Part shown: one piece after another, positions 43,372-52,197 of the stretch | Numbering within the stretch: position 1 is the stretch's first letter | Layout of the letters: the number at the start of each line of letters is the position of its first letter | Source of the DNA: a virus | Direction: 5' to 3' (one strand) | DNA: 64,000 nucleotides | IMG/VR virus record: IMGVR_UViG_3300044625_001067 | Location: 33,473-97,472 of that record | Made by a program: the position numbers and the translations under genes | Notes under the pieces: generated by a model | The model's database searches: none | What the model was told of the DNA's origin: nothing | The model's input: only the letters and a program-made list of their open reading frames with translations

Positions 43372-43550
43372 ACTAACCGCGAGCGATCACTTCCTTCAAG
43401 AAGGCGAGACCGTCTTCGTTGGAGTCATAGAAGTGGAGTCTTGCTTCTGGCCCTAATAGCCTTCCACCCGCAGTTATAGGGTCAGTTGTGAAATCTAACT
43501 CTCCGCACATTAGTTGAGCAAACCCTGCGATACAGTGAACCGAGCCGCAG

Positions 43551-43916
43551 TTACTTGGGGGTTAAACCCCGGTAGGAGCTACGGTCTGCAGAACCTTCAA
43601 ACGAGCCCGCGTAGTCAGCTTTCAGGTGGAAAGCATACATATAAAAGTTCCCCAGGTCACGCTCTACAATCCAGAGTGCAACGTGCCGTAAGTTCTCTCC
43701 TTGTTGTTTAGATGTAAGCTCAATGTCCCAACTTTCAGGAATGTGCGGGAGTCTGGGAATACCAGGTGTGGTGGGTGCTATAAGATGGGAACTGGAACGT
43801 GTTTCAGTGAAGGTAGTCATTTTGTTTCGGGGTTTGGTGTTTTGAGGCGAGCGGGGTCTTACGGGTCGTAGTTTACACCCGTAGTTTAACGTGGGAGGGT
43901 TGTTGCCCTGTAGCAA
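43551..43916 (-). CDS. hypothetical protein, short member of the 23206/44196 paralog family
   Basis: Shares LRHVALWIVERDLGNFYM with the HVALW(I/V)VERD family motif. Confidence 0.4.
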   Translation of the reverse strand: MLQGNNPPTLNYGCKLRPVRPRSPQNTKPRNKMTTFTETRSSSHLIAPTTPGIPRLPHIPESWDIELTSKQQGENLRHVALWIVERDLGNFYMYAFHLKADYAGSFEGSADRSSYRGLTPK

Positions 43917-44188
43917 TCACCGTCGTCCTGGAGATTGATGCCGCACAGATAGTCGAAAAACGCATTCTTTGCCCTGCGAAGAAAGCCAACTTTCTTAGGA
44001 AAGTTGTCTCCTGGAGCAGGGTCCTCAGCCAGTGCTGCATCCACACGGCGGTCGAGGTCGTCGAGTGTTGGCTCCCAATTCTCAAGTACAAGGTGGCCCG
44101 TCTGTGATTTGCACATTGACCGCAGTACTGCCAGTGCAATTTGTTGCTTGCGACACAGAGACCGCAGGTTCAGGTTCTCGGTTTCCAT
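43886..44188 (-). CDS. hypothetical protein (start trimmed to METENLN)
   Basis: ORF 43886..44326 overlaps its neighbour. An internal Met abuts the upstream stop. Confidence 0.35.
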   Translation of the reverse strand: METENLNLRSLCRKQQIALAVLRSMCKSQTGHLVLENWEPTLDDLDRRVDAALAEDPAPGDNFPKKVGFLRRAKNAFFDYLCGINLQDDGDCYRATTLPR

Positions 44189-44195
44189 TCTTGCT

Positions 44196-44648
44196 TCATG
44201 CACTAGGGGAATTACGTGAAATGACACGCTGAAGGAAGGCAAGGCCATCTTCGTTGCTGTCCCGAAAGTGGCATGCGGCTTCTTCACCAAGCAACCGAGC
44301 CCCAGCGAGAGAGGGGGTAATCTCAAACCCCTTCTGACCAGCCATCACCTGGCTGAAACCGGCGATGCAGTGAACAGTTCCACATGCGTTGAGCATGTGC
44401 AGGGAACCCTTGCGAGATATCCCAAACAAGTGAACCCAGGCAGCATGCCACTGACCCATATCAAAGTTGTGCAAATCGCGTTCGACCACCCACAAGGCCA
44501 CATGTAACAGGTTAGCTTCCTGCTGAGCAGGAGAAAGCCGGTCAGCGGGGAGCCAAGTAACAGGAATGAAAGGTAAGGCGGGAAGGCCAGGGTTGGTATC
44601 TAACGCGATTTCCTGGGCGGTCCGAATCGCTTGTGCCGTGAGAGTCAT
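44196..44648 (-). CDS. hypothetical protein, member of the 3-copy paralog family
   Basis: Shares EANLLHVALWVVERD and HCIAGFSQVM. Paralogous to 23206..23826 over its full length. Confidence 0.5.
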   Translation of the reverse strand: MTLTAQAIRTAQEIALDTNPGLPALPFIPVTWLPADRLSPAQQEANLLHVALWVVERDLHNFDMGQWHAAWVHLFGISRKGSLHMLNACGTVHCIAGFSQVMAGQKGFEITPSLAGARLLGEEAACHFRDSNEDGLAFLQRVISRNSPSA

Positions 44649-44809
44649 TTTGTTTGGTATGACATGTAATTTGTAAAGGGAGTCAGGCTCGGGTTTGGGC
44701 TCGATTCAGAACTCGGACCAAGAGCACCAAACCAGTTACCGTGAAGAGAGTGCTGTGAAGGGCAGAAAGGTCGTTCAGAGGAAACATAGTTGCTCAATTG
44801 GACTGTAAT

Positions 44810-44857
44810 AACTATACCGCTTTCCTGTCGGAAAGGTAAGGGGGTAAACCGCCCCCT
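44810..44857 (-). promoter_or_regulatory. intergenic element copy
   Basis: aactataccgctttcctgtcggaaaggtaagggggtaaaccgccccc. A 35-codon small ORF (44681..44788) follows on the – strand. Confidence 0.5.
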
Positions 44858-44858
44858 T

Positions 44859-45098
44859 TCAGAGTCTTACAGGAACAAGAGTGGCAGCCTCAGAGCGAGT
44901 GCGAGCTATCTCGTTGCAGTCGGCCTCACTTAGGCCCGTCATACTCTGCAGTTCGTGGTCTTGCACTCCATCCAAAACGGTTACGAGTGCGCGAGCAAAA
45001 CGTTCGGCTTTCACCTCTGCTTCCCCTCGCTTCTCGTTCTCGTACAAGACACGGTTTTCAAGCGTTGTAAGGAAATCGGATGCGTTAGTGGAATCCAT
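44859..45098 (-). CDS. hypothetical protein (79 aa)
   Basis: ORF with an element copy at 45125..45189 upstream. Confidence 0.4.
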   Translation of the reverse strand: MDSTNASDFLTTLENRVLYENEKRGEAEVKAERFARALVTVLDGVQDHELQSMTGLSEADCNEIARTRSEAATLVPVRL

Positions 45099-45124
45099 TG
45101 TTTTTGGAGGAACTCAACTCATTT

Positions 45125-45189
45125 GGTATACCGTTTCTGCCCCGCAGAAACAAGACGGAAAACAGAACGTTTAGGGCGGTTAACCCCCT
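45125..45189 (-). promoter_or_regulatory. intergenic element copy (hairpin 1 degenerate, second palindrome intact)
   Basis: tggtataccgtttctgccccgcagaaacaagacggaaaacagaacg...agggcggttaaccccc. Confidence 0.45.
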
Positions 45190-45227
45190 GAGACTTTCCC
45201 CCTCGCCCCAACAACTCGAAAGGTCGC

Positions 45228-45803
45228 TTACCCTGCGAATGGCTTTTCGAGGGCATCCTCCAACTTTTGCAGTCTTAGCTCAATGCTCTGCAACCTGTCC
45301 TCCGCTTCCCTTTCCCTTTTTATCCTCCGCTCACGGCGCTGAATCTGCTCAAGGCGAACCTCCTCCCGCAGTCTTGAATTTTCTTCCTTAAGCCGTTCTG
45401 TTTCCTCCCGAAACTGGGCGGTCTCCTTTTCAATTATTGCTGTTTCCTCACGAATTCGAGCCGTTTCTTCTCTCGTATCTCTCGTCATTTGCTCTAGTCT
45501 CGAAATGTTATCTTCCATCACTCTGCTCAGACTTGTATTAAGGGGCAGCCCTTCCTCTCCCCGTCTAGTGAAAGGTGCGTCAAGCAGTGCCGTGTGCGGG
45601 GCTCCCGTGGCACTCAGAAAAACCCGGTGATGTTTAAGCCCATTAACACAGTGAATCGTTGACTCTCCCGTTTTCCACCAATGTAGTGTTTCTTCAATCC
45701 ACACGGATAAGCGAAAGGGTCGCCTTCCGCCACGGGCACTGTCCTCCCAGCCAACTCTTAATACCTTATCAGTAATTGATCTTAGTTTGTTCATTTGTTC
45801 CAC
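45228..45803 (-). CDS. hypothetical coiled-coil protein with REETxR(I/L)(R/K)EE heptad-like repeats
   Basis: Repeats RDTREETARIREETAIIEKETAQFREETERLKEENSRLREE. Confidence 0.45.
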   Translation of the reverse strand: MEQMNKLRSITDKVLRVGWEDSARGGRRPFRLSVWIEETLHWWKTGESTIHCVNGLKHHRVFLSATGAPHTALLDAPFTRRGEEGLPLNTSLSRVMEDNISRLEQMTRDTREETARIREETAIIEKETAQFREETERLKEENSRLREEVRLEQIQRRERRIKREREAEDRLQSIELRLQKLEDALEKPFAG

Positions 45804-45815
45804 TAAAGTAGTCGT

Positions 45816-46247
45816 CTAATCCGTTATTGTGCAAGTCTGCGCATAATAGTCAATTAGAGCAATTGACCTGGCTTGTTTTTCATCGTTCGCCCAACAGTGC
45901 GTCGTGCTTATGAGCTCCCCTTTAGAACTGATACGGAGTTCGCTCGGGGGTGGAATAGCGCCGCAACAAGCGCCCACAGAGTAACACTCTTTAACCTCAC
46001 CAGACACTACTTTCACAAACCAGAACTCTTGCCCAGGGGGGTTTTCCGTAAGAGGATCCAAGAAGTACTCTTTGATTTCCGAGTAGGGAAGTTCCTTTTT
46101 CAGGTCCTCAGCGAGTTTCATGGTTGAGAATAAGCCTATTACTTCAGCTTCTTCTGTCCCGTAGAAGTCTATAACAGCGTAGATGATTGTCATTTGATTG
46201 TTTTTTGAGTAGGTTGTGCTAGAACTTCTCGTAGCTTCCCGACCCAT
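45816..46247 (-). CDS. hypothetical protein (143 aa)
   Basis: ORF 45816..46247. Confidence 0.45.
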   Translation of the reverse strand: MGREATRSSSTTYSKNNQMTIIYAVIDFYGTEEAEVIGLFSTMKLAEDLKKELPYSEIKEYFLDPLTENPPGQEFWFVKVVSGEVKECYSVGACCGAIPPPSELRISSKGELISTTHCWANDEKQARSIALIDYYAQTCTITD

Positions 46248-46555
46248 TCCCGGTCCGCAGGGTCATCCAAATCAACGTAAAGATCAAAGTAACCTCCGGG
46301 AGAAGACGGGTCAATCATGTGAAACCATGCCTGCTGTTTTTTAGTTACAAAGTCAGGCTCGATATCGAGAGACGGGCACAGACCAAAGGTTAACCACTCA
46401 AGTTCAAGTCCGCCATCGAAGCTTGAGAAGGCACTCGGGTACGAATCGGGAGGAAAGTTCTTGTCGAAAAAATCAAACACCCAGCTTTCGAACCAGTCCA
46501 AGAGCTCCTTTGAAGGGGCTTTGCACTCTCCATCGAGCCAGCCGTCCTCCAGCAC
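46190..46555 (-). CDS. hypothetical protein (121 aa)
   Basis: ORF 46190..46555. Confidence 0.4.
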   Translation of the reverse strand: MLEDGWLDGECKAPSKELLDWFESWVFDFFDKNFPPDSYPSAFSSFDGGLELEWLTFGLCPSLDIEPDFVTKKQQAWFHMIDPSSPGGYFDLYVDLDDPADREWVGKLREVLAQPTQKTIK

Positions 46556-46652
46556 CCTGAGCTTACCTAGATTTTCACGGAATTGGGTCTAGGTTTGCAT
46601 GATTAGCGTGCTGAGGGATCAGGGGTAAGGGGGCCAGGGAACAACCACGTAG

Positions 46653-47012
46653 TTACGTGCAAAGTCCTAAGGCTCTTTTCTCCTCCTTAGTCAACTTGGC
46701 CAAGGCAATTTCCTTAACTACCTTCATTCGCTCAGCATCTCGTAACTTGTGATTGGCCCACCATTCCTGGTAAACAGGGAGAATAGTGTTTAAACTCCAC
46801 TTATCAAAGGCATCCCGTGCCAGTTCAAGCTCAGTGAACGCATAGCATGCAATTTCCATGAGCGCTCCCGGAAGTTCCGCGTCGCTTACGGACACACCGT
46901 ACAGGCGCAAGTTGTCCTTTGCTTGCTCGGTCGGAAGCAGATAACGAACTGGAGCTAGCACAGGATTCCCGGCACTCTCGCTCTTAGGAGAGCGGAAGTC
47001 GTGGTGAGGCAC
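46653..47012 (-). CDS. hypothetical protein (119 aa)
   Basis: ORF 46653..47012. Confidence 0.4.
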   Translation of the reverse strand: MPHHDFRSPKSESAGNPVLAPVRYLLPTEQAKDNLRLYGVSVSDAELPGALMEIACYAFTELELARDAFDKWSLNTILPVYQEWWANHKLRDAERMKVVKEIALAKLTKEEKRALGLCT

Positions 47013-47076
47013 ATCATAAAAAGGGTCTCGGCAGGGTATTTTACTCGGGGTGTGGTTAGGGTTGTAAGAGGTTGGG

Positions 47077-47448
47077 CTACTTGAAGTTTGACTCCGCAGT
47101 TATCTGCTCTACGGCGTCTTTCGCAAGAGCACGGCAGTTGCTTCGGCGATAGAGACCGACTACTGCCCAGTGGGGGAAGCCGTAAGCTCCTCCAGTATAG
47201 CTGTTGTCTCCGGTTTGGAAACCCCAAGAGAAGGAACCGTCATCGTTCAAATCGGCGCCAACCGTTACCAAAATCCCTGGAATGCTGTCTTCTTCGTAAG
47301 CACGATAGTCATTTTGAATGTCTTTTTTCAGAGATTTTAAGAGGGACTCAATTTTAGTCTGAAGAACTTTTTTGGGATTAGACGTCATTTGGATAACTTG
47401 GGGGGACTCTTTAGGTTGGCGACCGCGTTCGGGACTCCGAGGAGCCAA
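47077..47448 (-). CDS. hypothetical protein (123 aa)
   Basis: ORF 47077..47448. Confidence 0.4.
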   Translation of the reverse strand: MAPRSPERGRQPKESPQVIQMTSNPKKVLQTKIESLLKSLKKDIQNDYRAYEEDSIPGILVTVGADLNDDGSFSWGFQTGDNSYTGGAYGFPHWAVVGLYRRSNCRALAKDAVEQITAESNFK

Positions 47449-47708
47449 GTTAAGCGAAAAGCGCAGCCCCAGCGATCACAAATATACTCAAGGCTTGACT
47501 CGATGCTTTCCAGACTGGTGTAGCCATAGGTCTCCTCGCCGCTCCTTCTGTCTGGGTCGTACGAAAAGGAAAAAGACCGGAGCGCCTGAATGGCTCTCCT
47601 ATTCTTCTCAATTTTGCGTACCACTTTACCCAGGTCCAGAGGGTGCGAGAAGTCGAAAACTTCACGTTGGATGCGCGTCTGGATCCGCTTTTTAACTTTC
47701 TTTTTCAT
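47385..47708 (-). CDS. hypothetical protein (107 aa)
   Basis: ORF with a partial element copy (47727..47750) upstream. Confidence 0.4.
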   Translation of the reverse strand: MKKKVKKRIQTRIQREVFDFSHPLDLGKVVRKIEKNRRAIQALRSFSFSYDPDRRSGEETYGYTSLESIESSLEYICDRWGCAFRLTWLLGVPNAVANLKSPPKLSK

Positions 47709-48393
47709 GGGGTAAGTTTAGCTCGTTTGATCCACGGAGGCAAGGGGGGGAAACCGTCTGCCCCGGCACGGTTAACCGTTTTCTGCTTACCCAGTCTCCG
47801 TAGCTTCCTTCAAAGTCCAACGGGTAAGGCTTCAGCACACTAAATCGCGCAGCTTCGTCCAAAGCGTCAAGTGCTTCAGTCCTGGCTAGGAAGATGACTG
47901 TATTCCACCCAGGGGATGTAATTTTTCCCTCAATATACTTTGCTCTTTTGTACACCCCTCTGTGAACGACTCCCCAGCATCTTCCGGAGCCTTCGCAAAC
48001 TTTTGCATGAGACACCCACTTACGCCCCCGAAGACTAACCCCTCGTCTGGCGTCTGCAGGGACATCTAGTCCAATCAAGCCAGAGTCGGCTATCGTATAG
48101 GCCAGAAATGCGCCTTGGCTGGGAATACCCTCTAGCAGGTGAGGTAGGGTGGTACCCTCAAAAGAAGATTTGAGTGCCCCGAATCTACACCTATCAAACA
48201 AAGCACCTTTGAGTATAGCACCATTAAAGTTGCAACGGCGAATGAGGGAGTGCCTAAAGTCAGCACCAGTTAAGTCAGTGAAGCTGAAATCAACACGCCA
48301 GAGTTTGGACCCGAAGAAAGTGCTGTAAGGCATATCGGACCCCGAAAAGTCCTTAGAAACAAGGTGTTTCCGGTGGAAATTAGACTCCCTCAT
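47692..48393 (-). CDS. pentapeptide-repeat protein
   Basis: Consecutive A(D/N)LxG-like quintets: FSGSDMPYSTFFGSKLWRVDFSFTDLTGADFRHSLIRRCNFNGAILKGALFDRCRF. Confidence 0.6.
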   Translation of the reverse strand: MRESNFHRKHLVSKDFSGSDMPYSTFFGSKLWRVDFSFTDLTGADFRHSLIRRCNFNGAILKGALFDRCRFGALKSSFEGTTLPHLLEGIPSQGAFLAYTIADSGLIGLDVPADARRGVSLRGRKWVSHAKVCEGSGRCWGVVHRGVYKRAKYIEGKITSPGWNTVIFLARTEALDALDEAARFSVLKPYPLDFEGSYGDWVSRKRLTVPGQTVSPPCLRGSNELNLPHEKES

Positions 48394-48473
48394 CCTTCTC
48401 CCCTGGTAGCTGCTTGCTCAACTTGTTGCTGCAGCACGTCGGCGGCTCGGATGAGCGAGGTAGACAGGCGCGG

Positions 48474-49538
48474 TCACCGCGTGCCAAGGATTGAAGAAAC
48501 CTCGTTTAGGTCAATCACCAGCCCTTGCATTTCCTCAGACATCGGCGCTGGCAGGGGGGTGGTGCGGCTCCAACGGGCTAGGACGGCGCAAGCGAATGAC
48601 ACTGCTTCGCCATACAAAGCAAAGTACTCCGCCACTTTGTCCCAAAGGTCGTATAGCTGTTTACCGCTCGGTCCCTCTCCCTCCGGATAAACCTTCAGGG
48701 CAGCCAGCTCGGCTTCCTGCTGCTGGAGCAGGGTGACGACAGAACGCAGAACACCACGGTGCAAATAATCTGCGATGCCATCCCCGTAATACAGGCGTGT
48801 CCCGTATGGCTGTTGTTCCCAGAAAGCGTCTGCACTGAGTAATCCCTCAATTCCGTGAGATCCCTTGAATACACCGTTATTGGTGAGCAACTCCCCCACT
48901 TCCATCGGCTCCGGCGCTGGCGGGGCGCATTGCTGCTGGAGCAGGGTGGCTGGCGCTGGTGCTGGTACCGCAGCCGGCCATTCCGATGTTCGAATCCCGT
49001 GCTCCTTCATCACCGGGCGGATGGCGGCAAGGGCTTCGGTGCAGCGCAGCTCGGCCCATGTGACCTTTTCAGTGGCAGAGCACAAACGCCCAATTTCCCC
49101 CTCGGCAACATCCGCCAGGGCGGCCTCGGCCTGAAGCAAGGCATTGGCAACCGGGCTGTCCTTTACCGGGGCTTCTGGTGCTGGCGGGGTGGATTGGCCC
49201 CATCGGGCAAGAACAGCCAGCATCAGATCAGACAGCTCAAGGTGAGCCGATTCCAGGGAGCCGCCAGATTTCAGCCATGTTGCCCAGGGCTCACGGCCAC
49301 ATGCGAAAGCGAGCATGCTCGCATGGTTTGGAATTGGCACATTCTCACTAGGCTCGGCATCTAGTGCAGCGGTAGCCTCATCAATGGCTTCGTTCATTAA
49401 GCCGACACTGAAGGAGTCAGCTGTGGCTTCAGCCACCTCGGTTAGCCTAACTAGAGCAGTGCGAATGTCAGGTGCAGGATTAGTCATGTTCCGGAGTGAA
49501 GGTGAGATTGAGGGGGTTATAGGGATGCTCACACCCAT
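48474..49538 (-). CDS. hypothetical Ala/Pro-rich protein (354 aa) with short internal PAPEAP/PAPAPA repeats
   Basis: ORF with an element copy at 49540..49583 upstream. The high-GC antisense ORFs are judged shadows. Confidence 0.45.
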   Translation of the reverse strand: MGVSIPITPSISPSLRNMTNPAPDIRTALVRLTEVAEATADSFSVGLMNEAIDEATAALDAEPSENVPIPNHASMLAFACGREPWATWLKSGGSLESAHLELSDLMLAVLARWGQSTPPAPEAPVKDSPVANALLQAEAALADVAEGEIGRLCSATEKVTWAELRCTEALAAIRPVMKEHGIRTSEWPAAVPAPAPATLLQQQCAPPAPEPMEVGELLTNNGVFKGSHGIEGLLSADAFWEQQPYGTRLYYGDGIADYLHRGVLRSVVTLLQQQEAELAALKVYPEGEGPSGKQLYDLWDKVAEYFALYGEAVSFACAVLARWSRTTPLPAPMSEEMQGLVIDLNEVSSILGTR

Positions 49539-49539
49539 A

Positions 49540-49583
49540 CTATATCTTTTTATTACGAAAAGGGTAAGGGGGAAACCGCCCTA
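49540..49583 (-). promoter_or_regulatory. intergenic element copy
   Basis: ctatatctttttattacgaaaagggtaagggggaaaccgccc. Confidence 0.45.
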
Positions 49584-49829
49584 TAGGTCCTCAGGACCAT
49601 GCAAGGGGGCGGAGGAAAGCTCAAGTAGTCTCTTCACAGTGTCTCCGTGACAACGCTTTGGCGCACAAAAGCAAATTAGCTCCAGGGACTTCACGCTCGG
49701 ATCTTGAACAATCGCGAGAAACTCTTGAAACTGCGCAAGTTCGGCACCTTTCTGAAGTAGCCTTGGAGGCAACCACTCTTCGTAACCATCGCAGACGCGG
49801 TCTCTCTCGACCTGGCTAGAGTCCTTCAT
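49581..49829 (-). CDS. hypothetical protein (82 aa)
   Basis: ORF 49581..49829. Confidence 0.4.
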   Translation of the reverse strand: MKDSSQVERDRVCDGYEEWLPPRLLQKGAELAQFQEFLAIVQDPSVKSLELICFCAPKRCHGDTVKRLLELSSAPLHGPEDL

Positions 49830-49882
49830 CGGCAGCGGATTTCCAAGGGCAGTCCCTCGGTGAATAGCTCGGCGTACGACAC

Positions 49883-49893
49883 CCTCGGGGGGG
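49883..49893. repeat. homopolymeric G11 tract in an intergenic region
   Basis: tcgggggggggggcttcg lies between 49581..49829 and 49967..50647. Confidence 0.6.
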
Positions 49894-49966
49894 GGGCTTC
49901 GTCTCTCGCCCCAAGTGGTACTTGTTTACAACTTTGATTTTTGACACTTTTCTTGGGAGTTGGATA

Positions 49967-50647
49967 TTAAAGGAGAGGCCACTCGCACTTGGAGCGAGCT
50001 TCAAACCCTCCCGTTTTAAAAGGGTTTATGTAGAAAAAGGTGTTTTCAGGGCAGGGTTCTCCAGAGACTTTTTCTCTGAGTCGCAAGTATCTTGTGTACT
50101 GATTGTGCTGCTCATAGAAGTCATTCCAGGAAGCAAACTTTCCCTCGCTTACCGCAAAAACTGCCCCGTCTTTATACGCCTCCATTAACGCCCAACCGTA
50201 CCACAAGGGGAGGAATCGAAAAAGCCTGAAGTCGTCGCAGCGGTGCGTTAAACTTCTTAGCAGCCTCTTCGTTGCGGTTTTCATATCGAGTCTCCCTAAC
50301 TCTGCCTTAATGTTGTACAAGTCTAGATCATCATGGTCGCTACTAGAAAACTCATCGAAGTGGTTCTTGAGCCCCAGGTAAAGGTCCAACTGAGCTAGAG
50401 ACAAGAGCTTTCCACGTGAAAGGGCAAAAACAGCGCCAGCCTCAAACGCCTCCTTCAGCGCCCAGCTCCCGTACAGGAAGTACGGGACATAGTCAACTCT
50501 TTTGTCGCAGCGGCTTTTCAGAGTAGTCGTGTACTCTCTTGCAGCCGCAAAGAGGCCAAGACCCCATAAGCTGTTGACTTTGTTGGAAAGTTGCGGGTTC
50601 ATCTCGCTTTGGGCTTTCGGATGGCTAGGTGGAGGTGATCGCTTCAA
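49967..50647 (-). CDS. hypothetical protein with an internal two-fold repeat (WAL(K/M)EAxxxGAVFA(L/V)SxGK)
   Basis: Two ~100-aa halves are similar. Confidence 0.45.
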   Translation of the reverse strand: MKRSPPPSHPKAQSEMNPQLSNKVNSLWGLGLFAAAREYTTTLKSRCDKRVDYVPYFLYGSWALKEAFEAGAVFALSRGKLLSLAQLDLYLGLKNHFDEFSSSDHDDLDLYNIKAELGRLDMKTATKRLLRSLTHRCDDFRLFRFLPLWYGWALMEAYKDGAVFAVSEGKFASWNDFYEQHNQYTRYLRLREKVSGEPCPENTFFYINPFKTGGFEARSKCEWPLL

Positions 50648-50825
50648 TCTGCGAAAGATCTATGCTCTCAACAACAAGTTTTGGATGCGGTAGCAAGTTT
50701 GCTAGCCACCCCTTAGTAATACTCAGGTACGTGATCTTCCCGCCCGTAGTGCGAATCTTCCAGTCTTGGATGTGGGGAAGGCGCAGTTGGTTGCCGCTTC
50801 TCAGATAGATTGTTAGAGTCGTCAT
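50625..50825 (-). CDS. hypothetical protein (66 aa)
   Basis: ORF 50625..50825. Confidence 0.35.
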   Translation of the reverse strand: MTTLTIYLRSGNQLRLPHIQDWKIRTTGGKITYLSITKGWLANLLPHPKLVVESIDLSQIEAITST

Positions 50826-50847
50826 TTTTGTGGAAAGGGGGGGTTGT

Positions 50848-51003
50848 ACTAGTCAACAATTGCTAAGAAAAGCTTGCGTGAAACGAAGACTAACGCAGCT
50901 AACGGCCATACCAAGCCAACCCAAAGTGAGTCGTTGGATGGCCAGCCCTTAGCAAGGAGCGCACAGTAGGCTCCCGCGTAAATAGCGTTGTACGCTAGTG
51001 CAA
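50848..51003 (-). pseudogene. degenerate tandem copy of the small membrane-protein gene at 51046..51240 (no in-frame ATG; possible TTG start or pseudogene)
   Basis: The C-terminal ...LAALVFVSRKLFLAIVD* is identical to the downstream copy. The frame is closed upstream by TAA at 51007..51009, and the only ATG (51022) is out of frame. Confidence 0.3.
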
Positions 51004-51045
51004 AAGTTAGAACAGCAAGCATTGATTTGTGGTGAGTGAACTGTA

Positions 51046-51240
51046 CTAGTCAACAATTGCTAAGAAAAGCTTGCGTGAAACGAAGACCAATGCGGTTATC
51101 GGCCACACCCATGCTAACAAAGCTGAACTGCCGGATAGGTACTTCCTTTCAAGAAGCGCACAGTAGGCTCCACAGCAGGTGCTGGCGTATGCTGCGGTAA
51201 AGAGAAAGAACATTGAGCTGGGGTGGGTAGGGGTAGACAA
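51046..51240 (-). CDS. small membrane protein (64 aa)
   Basis: ORF. The C-terminal half is duplicated 198 bp downstream. Confidence 0.4.
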   Translation of the reverse strand: MSTPTHPSSMFFLFTAAYASTCCGAYCALLERKYLSGSSALLAWVWPITALVFVSRKLFLAIVD

Positions 51241-51253
51241 GGAAAGGGGGACC

Positions 51254-51550
51254 CTAGTAGCTGTTTTCGAAGCGGATTTTGTGCACCCCCTTTGGAATTT
51301 CGCTCACTACAACCTCGTATCCGTGTACACCCTCAATCGGATGAACTTGTCGAAACGGTACAAACGGTACTTCAACCTCCAAGGTTCTGTCGGGATCGAT
51401 ACACTCTAGTTTGTATGGCCCAAAGTACTCAGCGGTTTCTTCTGGTAGAGAAACTCCTACCTCGCGACAGACCCTCAAGACTTTAAGGTGCTTTTGGTGC
51501 TCAGGGTCTTCGGGACTCCGGTAGCCTTTAACGCTGGTTCGCATTGACAT
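51254..51550 (-). CDS. hypothetical protein (start trimmed to MSMRTS; the N-terminal 76 codons of the ORF read through the intergenic element)
   Basis: ORF 51254..51778 with an internal Met at 51550. Element at 51596..51660. Confidence 0.4.
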   Translation of the reverse strand: MSMRTSVKGYRSPEDPEHQKHLKVLRVCREVGVSLPEETAEYFGPYKLECIDPDRTLEVEVPFVPFRQVHPIEGVHGYEVVVSEIPKGVHKIRFENSY

Positions 51551-51595
51551 TTTGGATCGAGAAATGTTTGGAGAGGGTTTGCCCCTGTACGAACC

Positions 51596-51660
51596 TATTA
51601 TAGCGTTGTTTTCCGAAGAAAACAAGGGTGGAAACCGCCGTTTTCCGGGGCGGTTTCCCC
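51596..51660 (-). promoter_or_regulatory. intergenic element copy (double palindrome)
   Basis: tattatagcgttgttttccgaagaaaacaagggtggaaaccgccg...ggggcggtttcccc. Confidence 0.5.
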
Positions 51661-51711
51661 TCAACCCCCTGGAATGTGTTGAACTGAAGTGGGGGACACG
51701 ACCATAAGTCC

Positions 51712-52137
51712 CTAAAACTCGCGATTGGGTGGGCAATATCGCTTTGTCAAGTCTGTGGCCTTTCCTTCGTTGTAGCAAGTTATTTTATTTCCGTCATTAT
51801 CTAGAAGTTGTTCGAGAAAAACGTGACCATTGCGTACGCTCTGGATAAGGTAAACAGAGTGAGTTTGAATGAATACCTTCTTAAGGTTAGGAAAGCACAC
51901 TAGCATACGGTCAGGAAGGGCTCTTAGCTCCAGCAAGTTCGCCCATCGCTCAGGGTACTCAAGGTCAAATTCTTCTACGGAAGGGTCAACTTCGCACTTG
52001 TCAAACATCTGCTCAAGAATGGACTTTCCACGGTAGACGAACATAGTGCCGTCTCGGAGGTTTGGTCGGGTAGCGACTTGTACAGTGAAGTCGATTTCCT
52101 CTCCTTTAGAATTGACGTAGTTATGGGACTTTGCCAT
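51712..52137 (-). CDS. hypothetical protein (141 aa)
   Basis: ORF 51712..52137. Confidence 0.45.
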   Translation of the reverse strand: MAKSHNYVNSKGEEIDFTVQVATRPNLRDGTMFVYRGKSILEQMFDKCEVDPSVEEFDLEYPERWANLLELRALPDRMLVCFPNLKKVFIQTHSVYLIQSVRNGHVFLEQLLDNDGNKITCYNEGKATDLTKRYCPPNREF

Positions 52138-52197
52138 TTTGACTCAGGTTGGTTGGGGCGTAAACCCCACTTTCGGGGTGGGGGTAAGGGGGAATGC

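Larger units (their letters stand above)
50844..51240. repeat. 198-bp tandem duplication (two diverged units) carrying the small membrane-protein gene and its degenerate copy
   Basis: tgtactagtcaacaattgctaagaaaagcttgcgtgaaacgaagac... occurs at 50844 and 51042. gcgcacagtaggctcc occurs at 50959 and 51155. Confidence 0.7.

Noticed and set aside
48855-49364. 169-aa and 89-aa + strand ORFs antisense to the Ala/Pro-rich gene 48474..49538.
   Set aside because: They fall in a GC-rich region and are shadow frames. The – strand frame is co-oriented with its neighbours and preceded by an element copy.
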